A stretch of DNA of 63,309 nucleotides, counting the filler, from Choristocarpus tenellus KU-1152 (taxonomy: Eukaryota; Protista; Phaeophyceae), in NCBI GenBank assembly GCA_964200185.2. It is 11 parts of 11 records of this genome, joined end to end, with 100 filler letters (N's around TTAATTAATTAA, not from the genome) between each part and the next. Parts side by side here need not be neighbours in the genome. Positions count along the whole stretch, not along the records: positions 1 to 6,214 come from CAXNAD020008667.1; positions 6,315 to 12,967 come from CAXNAD020007649.1; positions 13,068 to 20,425 come from CAXNAD020006274.1; 8 more parts are not named here. One strand, given 5' to 3'. Numbering within the stretch: the first letter of the stretch is position 1; the number at the start of each line of letters is the position of its first letter. Below the pieces are notes generated by a model. That model was not told where the DNA came from. It searched no databases and saw nothing but the letters and a program-made list of their open reading frames with translations. Of the stretch, positions 1 to 13,277 are shown in pieces. Both the position numbers and the translations under genes were made by a program.

Positions 1-695
1 ATGTGTATATAAAATGTCCTAAACATAAGAATACTATAAGACAATGCGTGGAAACCACTAATCAGTTATATATATTTATATATTGTGGTGTAGGGCTAAG
101 CTAGGTTGGAGGCATAGATAGCAGGAGTGTACACTCGAAATTACGAGTTTTTTTTTTAGTGTACACCTGGTATTCTAACAGTAAGTAGATTTTGGAGAGA
201 TATCTTTCACATTTAACACAACTCCGACTTTTGCATTGTAATATTGAAATGGCTTTTTATCTGACACATACATGTACAAAATGTTAGAGGGTATAAAAAT
301 ATATTTATTGAAAAGTGATCCCGCTACAAAAATTTTCCACACTTACATATTCTTATTATGACTTTAACATTTCTCAGATGAATGGAGGTGGGAGAAAACA
401 ACAAAAACTCGTAAAATAATTACTGTTCTGACAATTTTTATTAGCCTTCTTTTATTAATAATTATATTGGGAAGTAGTAGAACGTGTTAGTTCGGGTTCG
501 GTAAATACAACTTTTGACGCTGGAGTGGATTAGATAGCCACAGGTTATTTGATAAATAAATGGATTGAACGGACTCTAAAAAATAACCCCTCATTTCTTC
601 ACCTACTACATTGTAGCAGTAGTAGTATATAGTTGAGCTTGATTAATGAGTAAAGGTGGAGTGAACTATATATGTAGTGTAGATACGATAGACAT

Positions 696-745
696 TATAG
701 TTTTCATTGGTTTCCCCCTGACACATCTGCAAAATGTCAGATGGC
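696..745. repeat. Dispersed repeat family C fragment
   Basis: atagttttcattggtttcc...aaaatgtcagatggc|ata matches ~20780-20830 in the same orientation and ~59981-60035 in reverse complement. Confidence 0.7.
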
Positions 746-1602
746 ATAATAATAAAAATAATAGACATTATTAGATAATAATTAGATTCTGTTATTAATA
801 GTTCGATGTAGTGTTGGTACATGATAATATTAAGCATCTTCTTCTTTCTGTCTAATAATTATTTAGTTTTGAATTGGCAATTGGCAAATACCCCTGAAGA
901 TCAAAAGCACCAGATTATTACATAATAAATCTTAGACAGGTTCCATTGATGATCCGATAGTAAAAAGAAGGCTTTACAGTAATTCAATAAATGCAAAACA
1001 TACTACTGTTTACTACTATTGGAAGGTCCATGTTCGTTGGTCCGATTAGGTCTTTATATTGTACATTATTGTATCTATGAACAAGAGATTTCACACTGTG
1101 ATACGTGATACTTTTGAAGGCTCAATTTAAATCTCATGTCTCAACCAATCCATAAAATGGTGATATTTGTTAAATAGTGGTAATATATTTGTTTTGTGAA
1201 GTACAGAACAGAAGGAGATCGAGTTTGGTGTAATGGTGTACCTATACCTTTACACCTAAACGGATATTACTAACACCAGTAACGTCCAGACATAGGGTGT
1301 CCACGACCTTGGGCATGGTGTCCTCGACTGATATTTGATCAACGTAAGGGTCATGGATATTTCCTACGCCTTCTCAGTCAACTTTGATTTGGACTGGCTA
1401 ATACGAATGGGGCGACAAGGCATCCGAAAACCTGTCTCCCACTTACACTTTCCTTTTCGAAGAGTATAATGATTACTCAAGGAAAATGAAAACTATCGAA
1501 AATTCGTTGAAGGAGTTGAAACACATGTGGCAAGCACCGTTGAGCCTTTTGTTGAAGTCTATTTCTGATACACCCATCCTTCTACTCCTGTTTTGCTCTC
1601 AG

Positions 1603-4600
1603 ATGCCAGACGAAGTTGGTGTACGTTGTGGCTGCGGCTGGATTTGCTCTCTATGGGTTCGCGAAAGGAATAATGCAGAGGAAGAAGAAACTGAGAGGTT
1701 TGTACTTGGTTAGACACTGCATTTGGTAGTAATGCTATTCGTTCATGGCTCCTTCCGCACTCGTGTTAGCTGGGCTGACCTCTCTGACCCACTGTACCAA
1801 ATCACTCCCGAGAACAGTATAGAATTGGGATTGAGCCGGCGAGCGAGAAAGCACATTGTGAAGTTTCGCATGGCCAGCGTCCCCTCACTGGAAGCTTTTA
1901 ATAAGTGTGGAGATGCCGGTACAGCGGGAGGTGAAGGGAGTCGCCACGACTTGAAGGTAGAGGAACGAGCGCACCGCAAACGCTGCTTTGGGTTTTGGAC
2001 ACATTGTCCCAATGTGCGCTATGCCAGTATGAACGATCTCAGTTGCTCCTACGTGTTATAAAAATGTGGAGCAGAGTTTACCTGAAGGTTGCACCAAGAG
2101 TCATAATCGACAGATGCACAATTCGGCTTTTCAATTTCTTTTTTGCCCTTCCTGCCCAAGAAAGTTGCAATTTCATCCCACAGAGTCAAATCAATTGATC
2201 AACTTGGGAGATACAGAATTCCTCCACCGCTCCGTGTTCTAGTAGCCCTCGTGTCACGACCTGACCCTCCAACCCACCTCTGAAGGGTGTTGATGTGCCA
2301 CCCATTTTCCCTGTTCGTTATATATAAAGTTGAATAAGGGGCTCTGTAAGGGCTTTGAACTCTGACTAGAATCAGACTAGTTATACTGTTTCAGTGTGTG
2401 ACTGTATTTCTGAAGCCATTGTCACGTCCTACTCCTACTACTATCCTGTTGCCTCAAGGGGCCCTTGGTGCTGGAGTTTTCACAAACTGCAGCGCAGCAC
2501 ACTCATATCTTCCCAAATATAGCCCTATCATGCACAAAAAATTCATGGAGTCTTTGTGTTTCACAGATGGAAGGGTGTGTGCCAACCCAGGAGGCCAGAC
2601 AATTAGTGAGTTAATGTATTGTGTAGACTGCATTTTATACCTGCAGTACAGTGGGAGGAGGGGGCTAGCCATAGCATGATTGAGGGCCCAGAAAACAAAT
2701 GCAAGGCATACAAGTGATAAAGGGAGTGTGGTTAACTTGTTGAAGTGCGTGGACCTGTAATTTGGTTGTATTTTTTGCAGATGCAAAGCAATTGAATATG
2801 ATGCTATGCAAATAACAATGGTACCCAGTATGCCATGCCCCCTTGAGTTTGTGGGGATTTCATGGACATGTGAGAGTGAAATATGCAGAAGCGAGGGTCA
2901 CATGGGTGAGGTATGGATCATAAGTGATCACATCTATCCCTGAAGAGTGCATGACAAGGCTTTTTGTGATATTGTTTGTTGATATCTACTCCAAAATTTT
3001 GGAACAGTTGCAATTAGCCCAATCTCACTCCTACATTGTGTCAAGATCATAATGTCATAATGTGACCAGCATTACATACGAAAACATATGTCACACACTT
3101 TGCCTCGAACCAATCTCCACCTGATCACTTCCAGGTGATCCTAGGTACCACAACAGAAGGTTCAGCGAGTGCACCTAAGGTGGAGGGGTTGGGAGGTGTG
3201 CAAGCTGCTGTAACTGCCAAGAGCAATGACAACAAAACTCACAAGGTGTGCCATTGTTTTGATATTGTAGTGCACCACCTTTTCATCCAGCACTGAAGGT
3301 ATTGTTGGTGATTCAAAGCTTTACGGTACAGTGGTTTTCCTTCTTTGGACAGAGGAGGTGATCTCTCCCCATCCCCAACTGGTTCAAGGGTAGCCAAGGG
3401 GTAGGCTGATAGATCTGGTTACCATGCAACAGGTTCTGTGATCTCGGGTGATGCAACATTATTCTTCATTCTTGATCTGTACAAATTGCTTTGTTGACCA
3501 TTGATGGGGAAAGTGAACAGTGCACACCTTTTCGGAATAGAGGTTGAGACCGTGGTGGGATGTCTTAAGAGAATTGAGACTTTCAAATCATTGTTCTTTT
3601 TCCTGTTTGGAGTTGTGGAAATGGTCATGAAAGTGGTGCCCCACCCAACTTCTCCCCTCCTTCAGCAATGCCGATCCAGTCACTTAATTCAAAAGCAGAG
3701 AATAATATTTCAAAACTTGTATTGAAATCAATCGATATATTTCCTTGGAAATGGCCCCTTGTGTTTCCTTTCCTTTCCTTTTTGATCCCTCCTCCCAATG
3801 TACTCACTTTCCCCTCTCGGTGGTTGTCCATCTCCTCCAATGGTCACTGAAAGGGGTGGTGGCAAAAACTGGGGGTGCTCAGGAGGCTAGGAAAGAAGGC
3901 GGAACTAGTCATGGCGGTCCCATTGGATGAGGGCTGTGTGATCTGTCTAGAGAGGTTCCAAGAGGGGCAAGAGCTGAAATCCTTGCCATGTGGGCATCTC
4001 TATCATGCTGTGTGAGTGTGTATTTCAGGGCATGTGAGATGCAAGTCGTGGTAGTGCAATGCTTGTACAGATTTTTTTTCTGGGGAAAGGTAAGAAACAT
4101 CTACTTGTGTGTATCATGTTCAAATGTAGTGAAATGACTCGACTAACTCAAATTTCAACTAAATAATTTTTCAGCCTGTTGGAAGCACCTATTCTTCCTG
4201 AAAATATGTATATCTTTAGGTGAAATATCAGTGGAGTAATACTAAAAATGGTACTACTTGGGTCTCATGGCTCGTGCTGATGCAATGGACAGGTCTAATT
4301 GTGTGTTGTAAATACTGTGGTGGCAGGGGTTAAAAGTTGGTCAATTGACTATTTTTTTTCATTTTTCCAACAAATTGCGATAATGTATACATCATCATTT
4401 CCAGCATTAGCCTCTTGATCCTTCATTCAACCCTTCATTCAACCCCTCACTAGCACCACATACCAGTAATGCACACATCTTTGGGCATGTTATATGTCTG
4501 TTCCTTTACTACTTTACAGGGACACTAGAGTAGCGTATGCAGCAATAGCTTTCCTTCAACACTTCATGTGTAAGTGCGTGTTTGCATCTCTATGCTTGGT

Positions 4601-6214
4601 ACTGTTATCATTTTGCAGCAAGAATGATCTTGTTAGTCTGCCAAAGGTTTGTATGGGAATACATCTTGCACATGTCGTAGCTGTAACTCTGTTCAGTGCT
4701 TTGATTGATGTATATGCAGAAGCGTGTCCATTCTCCTTTTTTCTCAGCATGTTGGTGTGCATGCATGTGTGCTTTAAATCCTTAATTTGTTCTTGTGAAC
4801 TAGATGAGACTACATCTCTTCAATACTTTTTTTTGTATTTGTATGACTCTGGCATGTCCTGTGCAGAAATTTCCTGCTGTCCTCTATTAATACCCCTTTC
4901 TTTGTTTGCATAAAATAGAACATTTTCTTACTACATTCCAAGCGTGTTTGTGTTTAATATATACTTTTTCTTACATGGGTGTATGTATTGTATCATGACT
5001 CCCCTCAGGTGTATTGACCGTTGGCTGGAAAATCACACCTCCTGCTGTGTGTGTAAGGCTGACTTGGAGCAAATGGCACTGGATGCTCGCAAATCTTTTG
5101 TGGGCCTGCTGTGCTCCAAACGTAGCACTGCACCAGTCTCAGGCACGTCTGTCCTGTTCCTGTGTGTCAAAAACAAGTTTGTACTTGAGAGTACATGATC
5201 TGTGTCTAGTATGTTTTTAGTGTGCGAACTACATGAAAGGAAAAAGTATCTACTACTGCTACTATTAATTCACCTTTTTGTTTAGTGCATGAGTTGTGCA
5301 TGTTAATTTATATATTTATTTTTGGAAGGGTATGGTTCCTCTCGGATGCAGGTCAATACAAGGTGGCAGTTGTTTATTTATTGGTTGTGTGGTTGATGAA
5401 AGTCAACTACTGTCTGTTTGCTTGTTGACACATACAATGACAACAACACAGAAGCCTAGAGGCTTAAACATTGATGGTAAACACTTTAACATTGATGGCA
5501 TTTGTTGGCAATAGATAGAGAGCAAGGGGGAGCACTGCTGGGTATGGAATGGAATGTGCATGTTCTGTGTACTAATTTACACCGAAGAAGAGTGCTCTAA
5601 AGTGATGAAGCTGCCTCCTGTTGCGCAGAGATAGTCATTTGTGTTCAATTGGTGATGCAACTGAGCCAGTCCCCTCACCCTCCAAGCATCCACCCCCTAT
5701 CCCCTGCCTGCTCTTGCCCTCTCCCCTCCATGACACACCCAACCCCAAAAACAACTCATGTGATTGTATCCTTCCCTGTTCTAAAACACAAACAGAACGA
5801 TCACAGCTTCACCGTGTGGTTCCAACCCCCAGGGACCTTGACTCAGGGCCAAGGGGAAGCAGCCCTAACGAAATATCTTTGCCAACCCCTCTGCCAAGTG
5901 TAGCAACCATGTCTAATCTAGCTTACCCACCAAGTTTTGAGGCGGTCACTGGCAATGGGGATGATGGTAATCATGTGGAGAGAACAAGCACAAGGCAACC
6001 TTTTGATTCTGATTTTGGATGGCTGGGCAATGGCCGACTGGAAAGGGCTGCTTCTTGGGAGGCACAGGATAGGAGTGATTGCTGCCCCCCCCCCCGCCGG
6101 CGAACATTTGGGTCAGATGGGGTCTTGGGTGAGGTTGATGATTTTGAGGCTGCTAGGCTTTGGGGGCAACCGAGCAATTGTGGTAACAGGGAGAGGTGTG
6201 GGTGTGTGAGGGAG
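1603..6214 (+). CDS. RING-H2 zinc-finger E3 ubiquitin ligase, multi-exon, 3' end cut by contig end
   Basis: Phase-consistent exons: 1603-1697, 1770-1956, 2567-2605, 3135-3245, 3854-4011, 5009-5142, 5796->6214. Exons 5+6 splice to CVICLERFQEGQELKSLPCGHLYHAVCIDRWLENHTSCCVC, a C3H2C3 RING-H2. The RING exons are solid; the first two exons and the start codon are less certain. Confidence 0.85.
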
Positions 6215-6314
6215 NNNNNNNNNNNNNNNNNNNNNNNNNNNNNNNNNNNNNNNNNNNNTTAATTAATTAANNNNNNNNNNNNNNNNNNNNNNNNNNNNNN
6301 NNNNNNNNNNNNNN
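6215..6314. other. Artificial contig linker (44 N + TTAATTAATTAA + 44 N)
   Basis: Identical 100-bp linkers also at 12968-13067, 20426-20525, 24285-24384, 27091-27190, 30245-30344, 33579-33678, 38411-38510, 43771-43870 and 55968-56067. TTAATTAATTAA gives a stop in all six frames. A separate plain 10-N gap lies at 38047-38056. Confidence 0.98.
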
Positions 6315-7455
6315 CCCGGGGGGGAGAGGTCAGGCTTGGGGGCATCATAATTTGCGGGCTTTGGCAAGGGATCTTTTGGGGGCCGCCGGGGGGGGGGGAT
6401 TCCCATCTCAGTGCAGATATTGGTCGTTGCATCACTGTAGTGTAATACTAACATTCTGATTATCCTGGTGCACCCTAACCTTAACCCTCACAAAGTCGAG
6501 TAGGAATCAAGAACACTTAACTCACGCACACTCAACCTGCATGTCTCACTGTCAAGACATGCAACTCACGGTCCCACGGATCAATCGCTTTTTTTTTTTT
6601 AGCGAATGAGGGCACCCATGTAACATTTTGCAGCAGTGCGTGTGCACAGATGGCTGGAACAATGTGTGCAGTTGATTGCTGTTCTACGCTCACATTTGAA
6701 AGCACCCGTGTGTGGGGGCATGTGTCTGACCTCCGTTGTTAGAGACCCCCCCGCCCTTCCTGGGGAGGGGAGGAGGACACGCAGCCTTGCAACATCGTAT
6801 CTCATCCGATGTTTTTCATTGGTGAAGGCTGATGACAGTCTTCTGTGTATTGGCATTATTGTTGGTTTTAGGTTTTAGGATAGTGAAGTGCATGGTTAGC
6901 AATGTCAACTCACGCAGGAAGAACATATCTCCTTGATGACGAGAAACACCCATAGTTATTTTGGGAGCAAGGCCGTCTTGTAGGACTCGGTCAGGCGAGA
7001 GGTTAATTCAGGAACTTTTTTTTGAATGGTTCGTGTTACAATCCTTAGTTGTTTTTTTTCTAGAGTAGGATTGCAACAACAAGCTTGGCTGTTAGTTAGG
7101 GATGCCATCAACGTGCTGTGCCACTATGAGTTCCACACAATTACACCAAGAAACCATTATACTATTGACGTTACCCCCCAGAGTTGACCCAGAGGACCCA
7201 ACTGCTGCCCACACAGGCACCTCATGATGAACCCAGAATGAACTCCTTTCAAACCTTGGCCTATTGTCCAGTGACGCAGTAATTTCTATAGTATCTTGAC
7301 TCAATGTTCCTTTCTGACATTGTCTCGACAGGATTAAAATAATACTTGGAGTAAATTATATTGTGTAATTCATTCATATGTCAGTCTGCAACTCTATGGA
7401 TACCCTTGCCTCCTCATCCCGGTGAAATGCTCATTTCCTGCTGCAAATCCCCCAG

Positions 7456-8659
7456 GCCCTAGCAGCGGTTTTAGCAGGTGAAGGGGAAGGGATAAACATG
7501 GGCCCACCTATCCCTCGGATGGGATTTGTGAACTGGCTAGGGTGGTGGGGAATGACTTGCCCAAGGTCTTCCATGATGCTGTTGTTTACAGTGGCTTTGT
7601 TAGCTTTATTTCCTACAAGTGTGCTGCTCCAGCAGTTGGCACTCATTTCAATGAACATCCTTACCAATGAGAGCATCAACCGGCATAGGTGGGGTAGATG
7701 TGGACATGCTTTGCCGTACTTATTTTGTTTGTGTAGGATCACTACAGTGGCAAGCAGTGTTTGAAACAGGGGAGGGGGCAAGTTTCTTGAACCCCCACCA
7801 ATTGCAAGTAATATTTGATGCCTACCTGGAACGCAAAAATCAGGGGTTGGCAGAATGTTGGGGGTTAGTAATTTTTTTACTATTTGCTCATCATTACTTT
7901 CACTTGAATGTGTAGGGATTTTGAATGATATTGCCATTAGCGTCTCACCAATAGGTCACCTATTCTATTTTGATATGGGATTTGGGTTAAGGTAAATGTT
8001 TGGGTTAGGGTTCATATTGTGTTGATCTGGTGTGTTGGATTGAACAACCATTTGTACTGCATCAGATTGACCATTTTTATGGTTGTACACACACTTACCT
8101 TACTATCTCAACAGAAGGAAGCCACTGTTGCCCCCTGGCTGAGGCTCCCTAGTTGTCTGAGAATAGATCTGCTAGAAATATCGGCTTTCCTTCCTTTTGC
8201 TCGTATTATACCCCAACAGTTCAGCTAGCCTCTGTGGACGACTTTGCAGTGTGTTTTGAATTTGAATATATATATATATATATATTCTATCAGGTCAATC
8301 CCGACCCTATTTGGTCCTTACGTTTATGTACTCCAGTAACAAAGAAGCAGAAATGTGTAACATATTATTATTATATTTATTCCTCCTTTCACGGCAGTAC
8401 TCATCCCTTGGGTGTCCCATCCCCTCAGTGTTCATGATGATAAGAAATTGCCAATAACGACTAATCGCAACAAACTCAGCCCTCCCTCCCTCCCTACCTC
8501 TGCACTGTCCTTGCCCCTTGCAGGTACGAACACTTTAGGGAGGGAAACCCTTACAACAAGGGATTTTTCAGAAACTGGTTTGAGTTTTGGACAGAGACAA
8601 CACAATACAAGAACCGGAAGGTTGAACTTCAACGACGGGGCACAGTTTGCTACACCTGA
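7456..8659 (+). CDS. DHHC-family protein S-palmitoyltransferase, last two exons
   Basis: Exons 7456-7688 and 8524-8659 (TGA) give ...SSMMLLFTVALLALFPTSVLLQQLALISMNILTNESINRHRYEHFREGNPYNKGFFRNWFEFW. This is TM4, a TTxE-like motif (LTNE) and the PaCCT motif (NPYxxGxxxN). The catalytic DHHC exon was not found in this contig. Confidence 0.85.
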
Positions 8660-9196
8660 GGAAGGAACTAGTAATTATGTGGACTGGAAAGGAATCGACC
8701 TTCCTCTTTGGTTCTTGTGAATTGGCCTTCAAGTGTGTGTGTGTTTACCGGGGCTCTACTTCAGGTACCCAGTTGTGGGGGTTTAGGTCTGTGCAGTGAG
8801 CTATTGTAATTGTGTTTCTAGAAAGTCTTGTCCTGGCCCGCAGAAGTTTTGAAAGGTTCACTCCTGGCCTGTTGATGTTTCTGAAAGGATCGGTTTTGAC
8901 TGTTTCCCGGCTTAGGATGTTTCTAAATGGTCTGGTCCTTGGCCGTCAACTCTTTCTCAGGTCTGACCCCCACACTTGCACAGTATATAGCCATAGTTTT
9001 TACAAAGTAAGTCTTGTTGCCACCAACTTGAAAATTTTGAGGATGCTGAGACCATCGCTTCCTCTCTCCCTACAAGATTCTTTTTCTGAGGGCGCACCTG
9101 CCAAATGTACTCCGAAAATACTTATTTACCAGACCGCAATAGATTGTCAAGCTTTTGAGGATAGATGGGCACTGGAAAGCACCGCTTCCAGTGCGT

Positions 9197-9284
9197 CATT
9201 GTGGAGTGTATGTGGTAGTGTGGCGTGGTTCAATGTTAAGCATTGTGGAGTGTATGTGGCAGTGTGGCGTGGTTCAATGTTAAG
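9197..9284 (+). repeat. 44-bp tandem duplication
   Basis: cattgtggagtgtatgtggYagtgtggcgtggttcaatgttaag x2, one mismatch. Confidence 0.95.
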
Positions 9285-9703
9285 CCACGGTGCAGTTTGC
9301 TTTTCATATGCATGTACTCATGTGTGTGTGTATATATGCACGTTAAGTTATAATGTGAGACCTGTATGGTGTATGGTGGTACTTTGTATGTGTGGCAACC
9401 TATGGGGTTATCATTATGTGAAGTGGTCCTCCCCGTGCTGCTTTACGTGGTACGCACCTTGTAATGTGTCCCGTTCTGTCTATTGTGTATTGATGTGAGT
9501 GTGTAATTTCTGGGTCTTCACCTCCCGTCCCTCTTAGGTGCGTTGAAGTTTCTGTTCCCTTTCTTCCTTTTTTTTTTAGTTTGGTTCTGTTATACAATGT
9601 TTGTTGCTTCACGCCTGTCCTATATATATTTTGACCGCGGAGTTTGAGACGATTCAGACCATTGTGAAGAATAATAGTATCAATACATTTTTTATATATA
9701 TTT

Positions 9704-9973
9704 GAGTCAAAAGTAAAACACCAGGTATCCAGGGTTGCATTTTAAGGATGGCTTACAAATATGTACAAAATTCGTCTTTTTTTTTCACATATGCGTGTAG
9801 GACTTTTTTTTCTGTATTGTGCACATAGAATTTTCAAGCAAAAGACAAATCAACGCCATCGCGCCAAACATAGGACTTCATCTGTAGAAATATGGGTAAA
9901 TTACAAAGGTTTGAGAGACACACTTCAGATGCAAAACGACCAACACCTGGGTACATCACGTTTACTTTGGTTC
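9704..9973. mobile_element. MITE family E
   Basis: Imperfect TIRs gagtcaaaagtaaaacaccaggtatccagg ... cctgggtacatcacgtttactttggttc. Homologous copies at 10639-10892 and (partial) ~31740-31835. Confidence 0.7.
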
Positions 9974-10638
9974 TTCATAAGAATTACTGTATATTATAAT
10001 GAGTGGTAAATTTTCCCCCTATTTTTCGTTCTTAAATGTATTGGATCTGGGTACTGGTGTGGCCTTTTCTGGAGAAGTGGTTAGGTATGCTTACCTGATG
10101 ACTGAAGTTTTGATTACTGTGCCCAAGCAAATTCCCCATTTCTCCTTTTGCATTATATCTTCTCTTCCCTCTTCTACCACGTTTCTTACATATTTGTCAT
10201 TTTCTCTGCTTCACCATTTCCAACCACGTGTTTGAGAATATCCAACTACGTGTTAAATAACAATATGAAATCCATCTGTACGTTACATATTATGGTATTT
10301 GGAGTGAGACATGAAACAACTTCTGGGACTCTCAAACTTCAAAGGAGGAAGCCGTGTCAGTGAACAACCGGTTATTTGAACACACGCTAGTCAACAATTG
10401 ACTTGTAGTGCGTTTGCTCCTCTTTTCCTGTTCTTAGAACTCCTGAACCTTGTTGCTAAACATCAGTCTTCATTATCACTAACTTGTGAGGAACACAGGT
10501 TGTTGCAATAATACCAGTGCTGAATTTCCGCTTAGACTGGGCAGTTATTATGAATCGTCCACCATATTGAGCCGTACCGAAAGTACGTGAACCAATTACA
10601 GTCTGTGGTTATGTACAGTGCATACGGAAGTCAGGGGA

Positions 10639-10892
10639 TAGTCAAAGTAACCGAGAGTTACCCAGACTAAATTTTAAGGATGCTGACAAATATGTGGGAA
10701 TTCATCTATTTTCACAAATGCATAGAGGATCATTTCTGAATTATATCCAAGTTTTTGAAATAGAGAAATATGCACTCTCAAGTCAAGCTTAGCACTTTAT
10801 CCATAGAAACATCGGTGAATTGCGAAAGATTGAAAACCTGGGTCAAAAAGCAAAATGGCCAAAACCTGGGTACCTTTTGTTTACTTAGACTC
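10639..10892. mobile_element. MITE family E
   Basis: TIRs tagtcaaagtaaccgagagttacccag ... ctgggtaccttttgtttacttagactc; interior resembles 9704-9973. Confidence 0.7.
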
Positions 10893-11089
10893 AGTAGTAC
10901 AAACAACCTTAAATCCCTGGGCGACACCAGCAGCTATATCTACAACACCTGATGACTCTGTTTTTTTTGCATAGACCTTAGGCTCTCATTAAATTACGAT
11001 TTGGTACATAATTCATGGTCGTTACCATCAATGGAATATTGTTTGGGTGCGCTTCGGGGAGCGAAATACTTTGTCATGGCTAGATGGTA

Positions 11090-11281
11090 GAGTGCACAGG
11101 GGAACCCCGGTCTAGGGGAACCACCGTTGTCATACTTTTTCACTTCTTCAAACAAATTTTAGGGGAAGAGTTTGGTTTATTCTTCGAACACAGGTCAGGG
11201 TTAGGGTTAGATTTTCGAAATTGTGCGTGAAAATTAAAAAGTGGTGGGTCTTTGAGGGTGGAGGTTCCCCAGTGCATACTG
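11090..11281. mobile_element. Probable Tc1/mariner-type MITE with internal TTAGGG units
   Basis: TA|gagtgcacaggggaacc ... ggttccccagtgcatactg|TA. The right end reads CAGT in reverse complement and both flanks are TA. A related inverted-repeat segment follows at ~11290-11440. Confidence 0.55.
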
Positions 11282-11444
11282 TACTGCTGCACCACATTGC
11301 AAAACTTCTAGAATGATTATCTGGCCAGTTAGGGATATTTGCCTCTCACAAGTTAGGGTCAAGGACAGGAATAGGGATCGGGGATTGGGTTCGGTTTTCG
11401 AAATGTGTCCGAATAAGTGAAGGCATTGCAGTGGTGGTTCCAAT

Positions 11445-11625
11445 TGCAAAAGAGCCTTTGCTGAATTGTGGTGTCACTTTTTGTGTGGAAAATGTGAATA
11501 CAAATTTTGTGCCCACTATTGTGCACATTGAGCGATGAAATAGAGTGTATTGCACGGGTTAAGAAAAATAGCTCTGAATGCAAAAGGGTCTAAGCCTGCC
11601 TACCTCTCATCAATTACGTTGACTC
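11445..11625. mobile_element. MITE family D, partial (right portion)
   Basis: gagcctttgctgaattgtggtgtcacttt ... cctgcctacctctca...ttgactc matches 34461-34726 and 58551-58814. Confidence 0.75.
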
Positions 11626-12889
11626 AAAGTAGAGTTGGACAACCCCTTCTCTTACAAATAGGGATATATATGACCTGCTTTCAGGGAGGCAAATCAATTC
11701 CCCAGGGTGGAAATGATCTACACCTGAGAAGGTAGCCACTCATCCAATTCCTTCAAAGCCTCCACCTTAGCACAGTTCCTCTTGAGACATTTGTTGTGGT
11801 ATAGCGCAACCACAACAAGAAGTGTTAGGGGACAATAGTTGCTACCCACTAACTTATTACATTGAGTACTCAAGGCGTTATGGCTTGATCACTACAATAA
11901 ATCAAGTATCTATCCGTTACTAAATTTCCTGGATGCTATCTTTACAATCTCTGGGTTCATAAAAGGTATGACATCATGCTTCTTCACCATGGACAAATTC
12001 TGGTTTCTAACCCTGTAAAGGACAACATTTCAAGGGACTCCCTCAAATTGCCCACACCAACCTTTTTCCTTCAGATATCCAGGTGATCCGTTTTCTTTTT
12101 CTCTGACAAGAAAGTCGGCCATGATATGGTGCCAATTTTCTTTTCTATCGTGAAAAAAAGCCTACAATGAGAGGTAGGTGATGTGATGGACAGGTCTGGG
12201 TGAGAAATTATCTCAATCAGACCATTTCCGTGCGCAAACACGAGTGTATTACGTACACACTTTGTCGTTTGTTAACGTTCACACCAACATTACCCAACAA
12301 CAACACGTTATTAGATTTTCTGACCACTTGGCGTTAACAATCACAATGATTTTGTTGAAACACTAGGACATCCAAAAATCGAATTCGAGATTCAGGTCTC
12401 AGATTGATTCCATAGGATTGATGCCTCTGATTGTTGCGGGTGTATTGAAGGAAACTTGCAATTACTTCAGTGGTTTTTTTGTCGCCTCTACCACTGATTG
12501 GACACTTTCTTTCCATACTTCAGAAAATTCGTTGAGTTTGAATGTTGAATGTTTGGGAAATGAGGTTGGGTAATCTCACGCGATTTGATTGGGTGAAAGT
12601 ATTTGTTGTCGAATGTTCATCCTCAAATGTGTTATGGCTGTAGTCTCCCCCTCGATATTCTTACCTATTATCATTCTACTCTCACCTTCAATAAATTGTA
12701 CTTTTCCAGACTCTTTGGATCTACATTGAACTGGTCGTCTTTTCCCTCCCCTCACCCTACATCTCTCTCTAAAATGTCAACGAAGATCACGTGATATATC
12801 TTATGTTTTCAGTATGGTTTTTCAACCACTACTGTATCTTGGTCTTCATTTTTCTAAATTTTAAGTTCTGTGAGAGAATTGAATGTAAT

Positions 12890-12967
12890 GTCTCAAAGTA
12901 TCTGGGAGGGGGTAGCGGCTGTCCAATTGGGGTCAATTTTTTCGTGTCACGATTTTTGGGTGATTTG
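12890..12967. mobile_element. MITE family A, truncated by contig end
   Basis: gtctcaaagtatctgggaggggg...gctgtccaattgggg is the family A terminus. Confidence 0.85.
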
Positions 12968-13277
12968 NNNNNNNNNNNNNNNNNNNNNNNNNNNNNNNNN
13001 NNNNNNNNNNNTTAATTAATTAANNNNNNNNNNNNNNNNNNNNNNNNNNNNNNNNNNNNNNNNNNNNGTCTGTTCTGTGGTTTCCTACTGTTTCACACTT
13101 CTGTTCTTCAAAACTCTTCTCCGTTGTGTATTGATTAATTTTCTTTCAGACTTGTTTTGCATTTTTGGTCACTATTGTTGCCAATTTCTAGGTGTATGTC
13201 CATTGCCTTCTCTAAACCATATGTCGATAACGCATATGATGAATATGAAGATGGTTGCCATGGTAGATCTGCAAAGC

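Noticed and set aside
7431-7937. 168-aa minus-strand ORF
   Set aside because: Antisense shadow of the plus-strand DHHC exon and its intron; no recognisable motif.
8019-8110. WCVGLNNHLY, resembling the CVGxxNH part of a DHHC domain
   Set aside because: It lies in the last intron, downstream of the TM4 exon and so out of order. There is no preceding DHHC motif or convincing acceptor, so it is probably chance.
8812-9498. 228-aa ORF with repeated MFL motifs
   Set aside because: Made of degenerate short repeats, a 44-bp duplication and TG-rich sequence; not protein-like.
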